Source of the DNA: a virus
Strand: one strand, 5' to 3'
IMG/VR virus record: IMGVR_UViG_3300008110_000023
Coordinates: 21,027-85,026 of that record
DNA: 64,000 nt
Shown here: in pieces, positions 29,463 through 39,043 of the stretch
How positions within the stretch are numbered: the stretch's first letter is position 1
Layout of the letters: the number at the start of each line of letters is the position of its first letter
Made by a program: the position numbers and the translations under genes
The notes under the pieces: model-generated
What the model was told of the DNA's origin: nothing
The model's input: the letters and a program-made list of their open reading frames with translations, nothing else
The model's database searches: none

Positions 29463-29732
29463 TTAAGCTAATGTTTGAATGTACTTTTTAGAAATCTCTT
29501 TTATTGCTCCTAGTTCTTCTTGACTAAATAAACTTAGTTCAGTAGAACCAATAATATAAGGTTGTTTACTTCCATGATTCTGAGACCATTTAGGTAATGT
29601 AAACTTACTATTAGCAATATTAGCCAATGCAGTTAATGCAGCAATTGCTTCTGCTCTTTCTTCTACAGAATAAATTCTAGTAACCTCTTCCGTCTGTCCA
29701 ATTTGTTCCTGGTTGTTCTCTTCTTTCTTCAT
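29463..29732 (-). CDS. Hypothetical protein
   Basis: ORF track. Confidence 0.5.
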   Translation of the reverse strand: MKKEENNQEQIGQTEEVTRIYSVEERAEAIAALTALANIANSKFTLPKWSQNHGSKQPYIIGSTELSLFSQEELGAIKEISKKYIQTLA

Positions 29733-30165
29733 CTTTTTGTTTGTTTAATTGTTGTTTAAAATAAAAATCTGATTGTATTCCTTCCTTTTGTTCATTTAAC
29801 ATGCATAATTGAGCGCCAAATATGATAGCTGATAAATGGTCTTCTGATCTATCTCCTTCCATAAATGCAGCTAGATGTCTATCTAAAGACTCTAATGCTA
29901 CTTCTGTTGGAATTCCTTTTAAGAAGTTACCATCACCGTATTTTGCACTGCCTAAGTTAGTATGATAACCATATCTCTGTCTAGTGTATCCTTTTAAGTT
30001 ATGGATAAATGGTTTATTACTATTACTATCTCTCTTAGCACCAGTTTCAAATACACGTGATATACTTTCATCACTACATAATTGTTCTAATTTATCTGCA
30101 TAAGTTACATTTGTATTAGAAGGATTAATTATAATCACATTGTCTAATTCTTTTCTCTTTACCAT
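29677..30165 (-). CDS. dATP/dGTP diphosphohydrolase-like protein (DUF5664 family)
   Basis: FETGAKRD...G.AKYG..N..KG.P.....SL.RHL...EDHL.A. Confidence 0.75.
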   Translation of the reverse strand: MVKRKELDNVIIINPSNTNVTYADKLEQLCSDESISRVFETGAKRDSNSNKPFIHNLKGYTRQRYGYHTNLGSAKYGDGNFLKGIPTEVALESLDRHLAAFMEGDRSEDHLSAIIFGAQLCMLNEQKEGIQSDFYFKQQLNKQKDEERREQPGTNWTDGRGY

Positions 30166-30166
30166 A

Positions 30167-31243
30167 CTATTTACCTAATTTAATTAAACCATCATAATGT
30201 AAGTCTGTCATTTGATCTGCTCTTGGTAATTCTTTAAATACACCTGATTCACCTAAATAACCTAAGCCTACTCTTGTACCTATACCACCATCTCTGCCTT
30301 TAAGTATTTCTAATGATCTAAACCTATCTTTCAATTTCTCTACATTATAACCTGCAAAGTTTTGAATATCAAAAGTCATAGGACTAAATAAACTTAATAC
30401 ATAATTGGCATCTCTAGTAGTATACTTAGAATCACCAAAATCAGATAACATAGGAGTTAATCTGTTAGTTTTAGCTCTCATAGGATCATTGATATCATAG
30501 TTTAACTGCTGAACAACTACTGGTATAATGTTAAAGTTATTTCTTAGTAGTACAAGATATTGAGACATCTTATCTATTAATTGCTTTGTATTATATCCAC
30601 GTTCTTCTGGTAATAAACTAATATGGTCAATGATTACTATATGATACCTATTTTTATCAAAAGGCTCATACCTATCAAATACATCAAACTTTACAGTATG
30701 TCCATTCTCATCTAATTTCTCTACTTGTTTTCTATATACTTTACCAAACTTCTCAGCTTTACGGTATAAGTATTTATTAATACCTGTAGGATTTTCTGGC
30801 ATATCAAAGACTGTAAGACTGCTTTCTAATTTCTCAAAGTAATCTCTACATTCCATTACTTTGTCATAGATTTCTTGACTTACTCTATGTTCACCTCTTG
30901 ATAAAATATAATTAACATCAGCTACTATTTTATATTTATTAAATAGTTGTCTACTAACACCCTTAGTTATCTTAGTTATCTTATCAATCTCAAATGAGAA
31001 ATAATCTATATCTAAAGTAAACTCACAATCAGGTGTGTTATTTATATACTCAAAAGGTTCATACATAAACATTTGATCTACTAAAGTTGTTTTACCACAA
31101 CCAGTAGATGCGCCTACAAGATAATAAGTTTTTTGTTGTACGTTAGGTAAAAATTGGGAGAGCTTTGTTAGTCCATGAGGCAATCCTTTGTTTAATCCCT
31201 CTTGACCTCTTTTGATTTCTTCTAATACATTGTCAAATATCAT
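30167..31243 (-). CDS. DnaB-like replicative helicase
   Basis: GASTGCGKT, FSFE, IIDH, VQQLN, RDANYV, LKGRDG. Confidence 0.88.
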   Translation of the reverse strand: MIFDNVLEEIKRGQEGLNKGLPHGLTKLSQFLPNVQQKTYYLVGASTGCGKTTLVDQMFMYEPFEYINNTPDCEFTLDIDYFSFEIDKITKITKGVSRQLFNKYKIVADVNYILSRGEHRVSQEIYDKVMECRDYFEKLESSLTVFDMPENPTGINKYLYRKAEKFGKVYRKQVEKLDENGHTVKFDVFDRYEPFDKNRYHIVIIDHISLLPEERGYNTKQLIDKMSQYLVLLRNNFNIIPVVVQQLNYDINDPMRAKTNRLTPMLSDFGDSKYTTRDANYVLSLFSPMTFDIQNFAGYNVEKLKDRFRSLEILKGRDGGIGTRVGLGYLGESGVFKELPRADQMTDLHYDGLIKLGK

Positions 31244-31790
31244 TGCTAAAACCTTCCATCTCTACGTCTCTTACTCCTATGTATTTCTCCCAAGTTGCTT
31301 GGTTTAAAAATACTTCCACACCCTGAAGGTATTGCATTTTTGATCTATACTCTGTTAAATAACTATTCAAACCTTCTATAATTTGTTTATGTTTACCAGG
31401 TTTTTTAATTATTCTTAGATACTTTTCTTTTACTTTTTCTGCTGATTGAGAATTAGGATCCTTAGCTCTTAATATTCTATATCCACCTGCTCCATTAGGA
31501 ACTTTCATTGGATATGTACTCCAGAATTCATAAAATAGTTTATGTTCTGGTGTTTCTTTGAATAAATTATTAGCTGGTTCTCTTAATACAAAATCAAGTA
31601 AAGAACCATTAGTAATCTTAATAAGCCCAAGACCTTCTAATTTAATTAGATCATTCTTATTAATATTAAGTGCTGTTACTAATGTGTGATCAAGTATATT
31701 ACTGTTGTGATACTTTAAATATAAAAGAAGATATTGAGTAGGATTTATTTTCAAACCCAATATCTCTTCTAAATTTATTTTAATTTCCAT
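31233..31790 (-). CDS. Putative replication initiator / helicase loader
   Basis: wHTH-like N-part; FYEFWSTYP and FLNQ..WE motifs; directly upstream of DnaB. Confidence 0.55.
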   Translation of the reverse strand: MEIKINLEEILGLKINPTQYLLLYLKYHNSNILDHTLVTALNINKNDLIKLEGLGLIKITNGSLLDFVLREPANNLFKETPEHKLFYEFWSTYPMKVPNGAGGYRILRAKDPNSQSAEKVKEKYLRIIKKPGKHKQIIEGLNSYLTEYRSKMQYLQGVEVFLNQATWEKYIGVRDVEMEGFSNDI

Positions 31791-31801
31791 ATGTTTTATT
31801 A

Positions 31802-31984
31802 TTAGGTAAACAAGTTATTACTATCTTCAAACTCTTCATCTTCTATAACTATCAGATTTCCATGTCCATCACATTCAGGGCACTTAATGTAATCTGCTTT
31901 GTTTTCATCCTCACCTTCAAAAATATAACCACTACCTAAACAAGTAAAACATTCTACTTCCTTAAAACTAAAATTCTTTTTCAT
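31802..31984 (-). CDS. Small DnaJ-type Zn-finger protein
   Basis: CFTCLGSG...CPECDGHG. Confidence 0.65.
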   Translation of the reverse strand: MKKNFSFKEVECFTCLGSGYIFEGEDENKADYIKCPECDGHGNLIVIEDEEFEDSNNLFT

Positions 31985-32193
31985 AAAATATGTTTGTAAA
32001 TCAATCTATAATCTTCTTCATCCATAGATAATTCTCTAGTATACTGTATGATATCTTTTAATTCTAATTCCCACTCATATTCTGAGTTTAAAATATCCAA
32101 TAACATACTAGGATCTGTAAATATTACAGAATCATATGCTATTCTAGTTAAATTGATAGCCAATTCTATCTCTTGTTTTGAAGGCTTGTTCAT
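31981..32193 (-). CDS. Hypothetical protein
   Basis: ORF track. Confidence 0.55.
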   Translation of the reverse strand: MNKPSKQEIELAINLTRIAYDSVIFTDPSMLLDILNSEYEWELELKDIIQYTRELSMDEEDYRLIYKHIL

Positions 32194-32197
32194 AAGT

Positions 32198-33448
32198 TTA
32201 GGATTTTTTAATTAATGATATACAATCTTGTACACTATAACAATGTTTAACAGTACTTAAATCCATACCAGACATCATGTCTAAATACCATTTCTCTTCT
32301 TGTGTACCTTGAGTACAAAAGATAATGATATTACCTACAAAATTTTCCCTAAACCTTAATCTTCCTGTTCTTTGTACAATATCTTTTTCTTTAGAATAAT
32401 AAGACATTAATACAACACAATCAAGATCAGGTAAATTAGCACCTTGTTTTAACTTTTTAAAAGAACCTACAGTATTTATCTTACCAGTTGTAAAGTTATT
32501 CTTGATAACTTCATTGTCTACGTCTGTTTGTGCACTGCCAGTATCATCTTTACTAGCTACTACATTAGAAGTAACTTGATGTAATGCATTTAGACTGTTT
32601 CCAAAGATAATATTACGTAAATTTAATGCTTCTAATTCTCTTATCAAAGTTTTTGTACTATTTATTTTACTAGGTAATTCATAGAGTAATTTAGCTCTAC
32701 TGGCACTAGCTGCTCTGATTTTAATCTCTCTTAATTTGAGATCTCTTACAAACATTGCTTGCTGAAATAACTTACTTTTATAAGCATATGCAGCTGCTTC
32801 TGTTTGCATAAATGGTTTAAGTTTACTACCTGCTTTAATAGTAGCATTTGAACTATCTAGTTTATTATGTATAACATAGATATTAACTGGTGGTAATACT
32901 CCTTCTGTTCTTGCTTGTTCAGCTGTATAAGTAAAACATACAGGAAAATGTTGATTTAATAAATCTCCTTTAAGTACACTACCGTCTTCATTTACTTTAG
33001 CTTTTATGTCTACTGTAGCACTTAATCCTACTATGTAGTCATAAGTATTGTTTTCATAGAAAGTACTGTATTTAAGACTTAAGGAATCATGTACTTCATC
33101 AGCACCTACTATTTTCCAATTCTTGTTTTGCCATTTATAAGCTGATTGATAACAAGCAAATTCAAAGTTAAAATCTGATAAAACATCTAACTTAAATAAC
33201 TGTTTAAACTTAGCAGCATCATCCCTAATAGTTTGTTCTCTGTCTGTTACTTCAGCTAAGAACAATACACTATCTTTTTTCTTAATCCATTTCTTCTCTT
33301 TTGCTTTGTACAAACACTTAAAGAATGTCATTGTTTTACCAGTACCAGTTGCTAATTCTAATGTACCTCTACCACCAGAATTAATCCAGGCAGTAGAAGC
33401 ATCATCTTGCATTTTATTGAGCTTTACTGCTCTGGTTAAATCTGTCAT
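32198..33448 (-). CDS. Superfamily 2 helicase (UvsW/Res-like)
   Basis: ATGTGKT, DEVH, GLSAT, QRTGRLR. Confidence 0.88.
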   Translation of the reverse strand: MTDLTRAVKLNKMQDDASTAWINSGGRGTLELATGTGKTMTFFKCLYKAKEKKWIKKKDSVLFLAEVTDREQTIRDDAAKFKQLFKLDVLSDFNFEFACYQSAYKWQNKNWKIVGADEVHDSLSLKYSTFYENNTYDYIVGLSATVDIKAKVNEDGSVLKGDLLNQHFPVCFTYTAEQARTEGVLPPVNIYVIHNKLDSSNATIKAGSKLKPFMQTEAAAYAYKSKLFQQAMFVRDLKLREIKIRAASASRAKLLYELPSKINSTKTLIRELEALNLRNIIFGNSLNALHQVTSNVVASKDDTGSAQTDVDNEVIKNNFTTGKINTVGSFKKLKQGANLPDLDCVVLMSYYSKEKDIVQRTGRLRFRENFVGNIIIFCTQGTQEEKWYLDMMSGMDLSTVKHCYSVQDCISLIKKS

Positions 33449-33450
33449 AA

Positions 33451-33615
33451 TTACTTAATAGAATCAATGATTACTGTATCTTTAACTATACTATCTACTA
33501 CTGTAGAATCATTAGATACTGCTTTTTCTTCATGTGATACATTACCACAACTAGACAATACTGCTAGTGTAAATAAAATTGATGCTCCTAAGAATACTGT
33601 TACTTTTGTTTTCAT
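33451..33615 (-). CDS. Small lipoprotein (54 aa, not in the ORF track)
   Basis: Translated by hand: MKTKVTVFLGASILFTLAVLSS-CGNVSHEEKAVSNDSTVVDSIVKDTVIIDSIK. Signal peptide with lipobox LSSC. Confidence 0.75.
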   Translation of the reverse strand: MKTKVTVFLGASILFTLAVLSSCGNVSHEEKAVSNDSTVVDSIVKDTVIIDSIK

Positions 33616-33638
33616 TTGTTTTTGTTTTTAGTTATTAA

Positions 33639-35612
33639 TTATTTGGACCAATTGTTGGCTATTACGGGCTCTGCAATCATAGGAACAGTACTACAAAATA
33701 GTTTACCTGCTTCTACCATTAGTTCAGAACATTTCTTAGCAACTTCTTCAGCAACAGATTCCTCTGCCACTATATTTACCTCATCATGCACACAATTAAC
33801 TAGTTGTGCATCTACTTTACTATCAATAAAATACTGTCTAATAAGACATAAAGCTTTCTTAGTCATTAATGCTGCAGTACCTTGAATAGGGTAATTCTGT
33901 GCATTTCTACTAATACTACCTTTAGCTTTATAATAGACTCTTCTTTCCTCTGCAGAAGCACTTTCATAATCAAAGTCTTTCATAATATCATAATCATTAA
34001 TAAAAGTCTTAGATCTTAATACAGGATCTATTAGTATATAACCTGTGTTTAAGCTCTCTTTAATCTTTTGTTGAAAGTATTGTTCTTTCTTAGGAAATCT
34101 TTCTTTAATAGCATCTATAAATGCTTGTGCTTCTTCTTGTGATACACCTAAATCATCTTTAACTGTGAATGCTGTTTTACCATAATCTAAGCCTAGATTT
34201 ATCATTTTACCTACATCTCTATAAGTCATTTTAAATCTGTCAGAATATGGATTATTCTTCTTAGTTACTACTATCTCTTTACCTTCTATTTTAGAAAAGA
34301 TTGCAGACGCAATTAAACTATGAGAATCACCATCACCATTAAGTACAAAGTCCATTAACTTAGGATCTTGACAATAATGTGCTGTTAATCTTGGCTCTTG
34401 TTGAGAATAATCTAGTGTAATATACTTATAACCTTTTGGCGCTACAAAATACTTACGTAGATCTTGTGGTATATTCTGAGTATTAGGATAACCTTGTTTG
34501 GTATCACCACTACTAACTCTACCTGTGTCTCTTATTTGCCAGAAACTAGTTCTTACTTTACCATCTGCTTGTTGATATTGGTCTATAAAACCTTTACCAT
34601 AAGTAGATATAGCCTTAGCTAGTTCTCTATGTTCAATTAATAATGTAACTAATTTAGGTTTGTTCTTTACTTTCAATAGATAATTAGAATTAGTAGTTTC
34701 TTTACCTTCTTTATCTACTACAACTAGATTTAATACTTCTTTGAATATCTTTTTAACTTGTGTGTCACTAGTCCATAGTACATTGGTAAGTCTTTCTGGT
34801 TCCTTATCTGGCTCAAATAAATCATAATTGAAGCTCACTAATTTAGTTTTCCCTTTACTTTGGATAGTAGAACAATTATACTTATAACTCTTATCCAAAT
34901 TAAGTAACTCATTATCAAGACTCTTTTCTAGTTCATTAAGTTTATCTTCATTCTCAAAAGTATTCTTAACCCAACCTTTTGCATCTACTAGCATACCATT
35001 ATACTCTATATCAGCTAATGGTTTTATTGCCTCAAACTCAAATACAATATATTCTACTAAACCTTTTGCTATAGCATCTTTGTATTGCAATTCTGCTATT
35101 TGATGAAGGTATGCAACATCTAATGCTGCGTATTCTATTTGATCATCTGTAAATGGTTGTGAATCTAGTTTAAAGAATTCTCCTCTTGTTGTTTTGTTTA
35201 AATCTACATTAAGATATCTTTTAGCAATATCAAGTAAACCATAACCATGATGTTCATAACCTCTATATAGACAACATTCTGCTATCATAGTATCCCAGAC
35301 CTTTTCTATATTAATACCTGCATGTTTAAAGAATTTATAATCAAATTTAAAGTTCTGAAATAAACATACTTTAGATTCTAATAAGTTCTTAAACAACTTA
35401 ATATTAATACATCTGACATCTATTACATATTGTCTGTCTTTATCTCCTATTTGGATACATATAATAGGTTTATCATGAGGATCTCTACCTTTAGTTTCTG
35501 TATCTACTGCTATAGATTTGTGTGCTTTAAAATATTCTAAGCATTCTTCTACTGTACTGTATTGAAATAGCGTACTATCAATCAGTCTCTTCTCCCCAAT
35601 AAAATAAATCAT
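33639..35612 (-). CDS. polA: Family A DNA polymerase with 3'-5' exonuclease domain
   Basis: DTET, QNFKFD, YAALD (Exo I-III); TGRVSS, DYSQQE (motif A), K.INLGLDYG (B), VHDE (C). Confidence 0.93.
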   Translation of the reverse strand: MIYFIGEKRLIDSTLFQYSTVEECLEYFKAHKSIAVDTETKGRDPHDKPIICIQIGDKDRQYVIDVRCINIKLFKNLLESKVCLFQNFKFDYKFFKHAGINIEKVWDTMIAECCLYRGYEHHGYGLLDIAKRYLNVDLNKTTRGEFFKLDSQPFTDDQIEYAALDVAYLHQIAELQYKDAIAKGLVEYIVFEFEAIKPLADIEYNGMLVDAKGWVKNTFENEDKLNELEKSLDNELLNLDKSYKYNCSTIQSKGKTKLVSFNYDLFEPDKEPERLTNVLWTSDTQVKKIFKEVLNLVVVDKEGKETTNSNYLLKVKNKPKLVTLLIEHRELAKAISTYGKGFIDQYQQADGKVRTSFWQIRDTGRVSSGDTKQGYPNTQNIPQDLRKYFVAPKGYKYITLDYSQQEPRLTAHYCQDPKLMDFVLNGDGDSHSLIASAIFSKIEGKEIVVTKKNNPYSDRFKMTYRDVGKMINLGLDYGKTAFTVKDDLGVSQEEAQAFIDAIKERFPKKEQYFQQKIKESLNTGYILIDPVLRSKTFINDYDIMKDFDYESASAEERRVYYKAKGSISRNAQNYPIQGTAALMTKKALCLIRQYFIDSKVDAQLVNCVHDEVNIVAEESVAEEVAKKCSELMVEAGKLFCSTVPMIAEPVIANNWSK

Positions 35613-35717
35613 CTGTGTCTATTGTTAAGTCTGGAGTCTTTATAAACTCTTGGAATTCTCTGCTAGATTGTATTAGTTTGTCTAAATACACATCTAATTC
35701 TGTGGCTACATTAATCA

Positions 35718-35725
35718 CAAATATA
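35718..35725 (-). promoter_or_regulatory. Bacteroidetes-type -7 promoter element (TATATTTG) upstream of polA
   Basis: TAnnTTTG match with a TTG about 20 nt upstream. Confidence 0.6.
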
Positions 35726-35752
35726 CAAATTTAAAGTTAATAAATCAATGAT

Positions 35753-35787
35753 AAAAATAAAGAGAGGGCTTCCCAGTTCCCTCTCTT
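35753..35787 (-). terminator. Intrinsic terminator
   Basis: AAGAGAGGG/CCCTCTCTT stem with a U-rich tail. Confidence 0.7.
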
Positions 35788-35873
35788 ATAACCTTGCCTT
35801 GTCTTATTTTTTGTTGAATATCAGTAAATTAAACTAAGTTTTTTACTACTTTGTTATTAAATTTGGTTAATAA

Positions 35874-36101
35874 TTAGTTTAATGTTACTCCATTTTTACC
35901 AATTTTTACAGTATACTTACCGTATTTAATGGTAGTTGGTTTGTCTAATACAAGAACATTACTTCTTGATTTAACTTTAGCTACTGATTTATCAGTTACT
36001 TTAGTTGCTACAACTTTCTTTTTAGTAGAATTAGACTTAGTTGTAGGCTTTACTGCAGTCTTTGCTGCTCTCTTAATCATTTTTTGAAATTGGTTTTTCA
36101 T
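35874..36101 (-). CDS. Small, very basic (Lys-rich) protein
   Basis: ORF track; histone H1-like composition in the N-half. Confidence 0.6.
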   Translation of the reverse strand: MKNQFQKMIKRAAKTAVKPTTKSNSTKKKVVATKVTDKSVAKVKSRSNVLVLDKPTTIKYGKYTVKIGKNGVTLN

Positions 36102-36148
36102 TTTTATTTATTTATTTAATTGGTTACAAATTATTGTTATGTGTATAT

Positions 36149-36180
36149 AAAAAATAAAGGCAGGCTATGAACCCTGCCCT
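36149..36180 (-). terminator. Intrinsic terminator
   Basis: GGCAGG/CCTGCC stem with a U-rich tail on the minus strand. Confidence 0.6.
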
Positions 36181-36392
36181 TATAAAACACACAAATCTCT
36201 GTTATTAGCCCCACAGAGAAGGGTAATTTCTTAATTATTTTCTTCTATTTCATCAGCTTCCCTGAACATCTTGTTCATTGAATGTCCCATGTATAGAACT
36301 ACTATTATCAGTATTACTATTATTGTCAAAATCATCATCTGGATTATTAAATAAGTAAATAAATTTAGTTAATTCATACATACTAGGTGCTC

Positions 36393-36596
36393 CTATATCT
36401 TCCATTTTCTTATTAGTTTTAATATGTTATCCATTATAAGACCAACAAGATAAGATATCCACATAGGAGAGAATACTTTTATCCAAGACCATTGACCAAT
36501 AATTCCTGTATCTGTCATTTTAAGTACAAAGAATATTAATGTTATTGCTACTGGTAAACTTACTTTGTATGGTCTGCTTTCATAATCTGGTTCCAT
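36393..36596 (-). CDS. Small membrane protein
   Basis: ITLIFFVLK......WSW..VFSPMWI two-helix pattern. Confidence 0.65.
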   Translation of the reverse strand: MEPDYESRPYKVSLPVAITLIFFVLKMTDTGIIGQWSWIKVFSPMWISYLVGLIMDNILKLIRKWKI

Positions 36597-36599
36597 ATA

Positions 36600-36845
36600 C
36601 TATTGATTAAATGTGTGACCACATGAAGGACATACTAAATATTGTTCTTCATCTTCTTCTAATATACTATAATAGTCTTCTGTAGTACAATTACCACAAT
36701 TTTGACATACTATTTGGTCATCTTCATATTCATTATCATCATAATCTAATGAATCCAAATATTTATCTAATTCTTTTTCCCAGTATTGATCCATTGGGTC
36801 ATTGCCATATATACCTGCCATAGTTTTAAGTTTTATGAACCACAA
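36600..36845 (-). CDS. Acidic Zn-ribbon protein
   Basis: CQNC...CPSC. Confidence 0.6.
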   Translation of the reverse strand: MWFIKLKTMAGIYGNDPMDQYWEKELDKYLDSLDYDDNEYEDDQIVCQNCGNCTTEDYYSILEEDEEQYLVCPSCGHTFNQ

Positions 36846-37015
36846 TTAAGACAGCCTTCATCATTATCTTCTTCAGGATGCTCTGCAATTCTAGGGTTAA
36901 GTATTTTCTTTAATTCATATATCTCTTGTTGGATTTCTCCATCTTGAAATAAATTACCTGTCAATTGAGATTTTAAATCTCCAATCTTTTTTCTTATTTG
37001 ATCTTCTAAATCCAT
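36833..37015 (-). CDS. Hypothetical protein ending in CxxCGS
   Basis: ORF track. Confidence 0.6.
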   Translation of the reverse strand: MDLEDQIRKKIGDLKSQLTGNLFQDGEIQQEIYELKKILNPRIAEHPEEDNDEGCLNCGS

Positions 37016-37016
37016 G

Positions 37017-37367
37017 TTATTTGTTTTTAATAAGTTCTATTAGTTTATTTATACAAGCAGATTCTGCTTCTTCATAAGTTGTGAACATACCACTAAGTTC
37101 ACAATCTCCACTTTCCTCTGAATCACATATATGAGTCCCACCTCTTTCTTTATTATAGTGTAATTCCCAAATGTAACCACTTGCATTTGAGTATACAGTA
37201 TGCACTATATTGTGCCCATCTCTAAACCATCTAAATGCTTGTTGGAATAGTGGTATTTGTATAAGACTTTCTCCATTGTTCATATCTCTAGAAGACATAC
37301 AAGGTTCATCAAACCCTAATTTTTTAAGAGCTAAAGCTTGTTGGTATGTTACAAACTCTTTTTCCAT
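37017..37367 (-). CDS. Conserved phage hypothetical protein
   Basis: EFV.Y.QAL.LK.LGFDEPC...QQAFRWFR...TYEEAE..C pattern. Confidence 0.65.
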   Translation of the reverse strand: MEKEFVTYQQALALKKLGFDEPCMSSRDMNNGESLIQIPLFQQAFRWFRDGHNIVHTVYSNASGYIWELHYNKERGGTHICDSEESGDCELSGMFTTYEEAESACINKLIELIKNK

Positions 37368-37548
37368 TTTAATGTATTGTTAGTTTAAGTTCATCTATTA
37401 CCATATAAGTACAAGAGTTAGGATTATGTCCTTTAGATTTAATAAAGTTTTCCATTTCCTTTTCTCTTAAATAAAATTTATAGATATGTACTTCTTCAGT
37501 AAGCATATCTAATACTGCTACATATCCTTTTTCTATCATAATTTTGTA

Positions 37549-38406
37549 TTAAAAAATGTATCTTATTGTATTCCATGGAATGATTTCATCATGCAATTTA
37601 GTAAAAGAATTAATAAAATCATTCTTTAAATTGTATTTATATCTTATATTCTTACCACCATACTGAGATATTTTAGCCTCTTGTATTGTAGGAACCCATA
37701 GATATTCTTGTTCTCCTGGAATATTATTGTCTAAATTATACTTGTGTTTATTTTCATTGTGAGTTAAGAATATAACTTCTGCTTTTACCACATCTTTATA
37801 ATCTACATAATCATTAACCATTTGAAATAGATATTTATAGTCTTTTAACCAGTCTCCATAAACTAATACTGGACTGAAATTAATATGTACATCATATCCT
37901 GCATCTATAAATGCATCAATAGCTTTTATCCTATCTATTATCTTAGATGTATTAGGCTCTAATTTATCAGATACATTCTGTGGCATTAGACTAAATCTTA
38001 TTCTTATTTTACCTTCAGGATCATAGTTTATTAGATTTACATTAACATATTTAGTTGCAAAACTACCCATAGCTATAGGATGTTGTTTAAAGAAATCAAA
38101 TATCTTTTCCCACTGATGGTATTTAGCATGAAGTGCAAAGTCTTCATTACAAGATATATCATAAGTAATATATTCTTTATGTGTCTGATTTGGTTTATCT
38201 ACATGAGTAAAGAATACATGGTTATTAATTGCAGTTAAGATATCTCCTGTATTAACAGCAATATCTAAACCTTCTGGTTTATGTCTTTTCATATAACAAT
38301 AACCACAATTATATAAACAGCCATGACCAAAACTAGGACTAATAAAGTCTGTAGATCTTCCACTTGGTCTAATGACCATTGATTTTCTATTTACTTTTTC
38401 TATCAT
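37549..38406 (-). CDS. splB: Spore photoproduct lyase-like radical SAM enzyme
   Basis: GCLYNCGYCY (CxxxCxxC), DISCNED (matching the SPL H-donor Cys region), FATK, RIRFSLMP, NFSPV. The ATG at 38406 carries the phage leader motif (track start 38457). Confidence 0.85.
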   Translation of the reverse strand: MIEKVNRKSMVIRPSGRSTDFISPSFGHGCLYNCGYCYMKRHKPEGLDIAVNTGDILTAINNHVFFTHVDKPNQTHKEYITYDISCNEDFALHAKYHQWEKIFDFFKQHPIAMGSFATKYVNVNLINYDPEGKIRIRFSLMPQNVSDKLEPNTSKIIDRIKAIDAFIDAGYDVHINFSPVLVYGDWLKDYKYLFQMVNDYVDYKDVVKAEVIFLTHNENKHKYNLDNNIPGEQEYLWVPTIQEAKISQYGGKNIRYKYNLKNDFINSFTKLHDEIIPWNTIRYIF

Positions 38407-38458
38407 AATGTGTTTTAAAAGTATCAAAAATGCATGTTTTTGTACATTATATGACAAG

Positions 38459-38653
38459 TTATTTAACTATATCAAAAGTACCATTTTCATGTATTTTTAT
38501 TTGATCAGTCCTGTAATGTCTTACTATACCTGTATTACAATGAACAATACACCATATATCATTTTCAAAAGTACCACTATTTGAAACATATATGGCGTAT
38601 CCTTCTTTGTTTTCTTCTACAATAACTGGTATTGGAGTCTTAAATTGCATCAT
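38459..38653 (-). CDS. Hypothetical protein
   Basis: ORF track. Confidence 0.6.
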   Translation of the reverse strand: MMQFKTPIPVIVEENKEGYAIYVSNSGTFENDIWCIVHCNTGIVRHYRTDQIKIHENGTFDIVK

Positions 38654-38883
38654 AGATTATCCAATTCTTGTTTAACATCTTCATAATACTTCTTTAAAGT
38701 AAGTATGTTGTTATCTGTATGTAATAACATGATAGTTTCTATACTATCTAAAATATCATTAACAGATATCAATGCACATTCCTTTGCTGTAGGATACTCT
38801 ATTACAGAGTAATCAGATAACTTAAGTACCTTAATATGTAAATACTTATTAATGAATTGTTTTGCTTTGTCTTTTGCTGTCAT
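38650..38883 (-). CDS. Conserved phage hypothetical protein
   Basis: MT.K.KA......AK.CALI.V..I......Y..VKQE pattern. Confidence 0.65.
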   Translation of the reverse strand: MTAKDKAKQFINKYLHIKVLKLSDYSVIEYPTAKECALISVNDILDSIETIMLLHTDNNILTLKKYYEDVKQELDNL

Positions 38884-39006
38884 AGTTTCTATTTTATTAT
38901 GTTTGCGATTAAACTTATAATTGATATTATTAAAGAAAAATATGCTATTATTAAAGCATGTGTACTTCTTTTACTATACATTCTCATATTATTTCTTTTT
39001 AAATTT

Positions 39007-39039
39007 GACATTGTATTAACACTGTATTGACACTGTATT
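39007..39039. repeat. Three tandem 11-nt repeats (RACAYTGTATT)
   Basis: GACATTGTATT AACACTGTATT GACACTGTATT, directly 3' of the tRNA-like element. Confidence 0.75.
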
Positions 39040-39043
39040 TTAG

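Noticed and set aside
39007-39039. Possible mini-CRISPR array
   Set aside because: The 11-nt units are directly adjacent with no spacers, and there are no cas genes.
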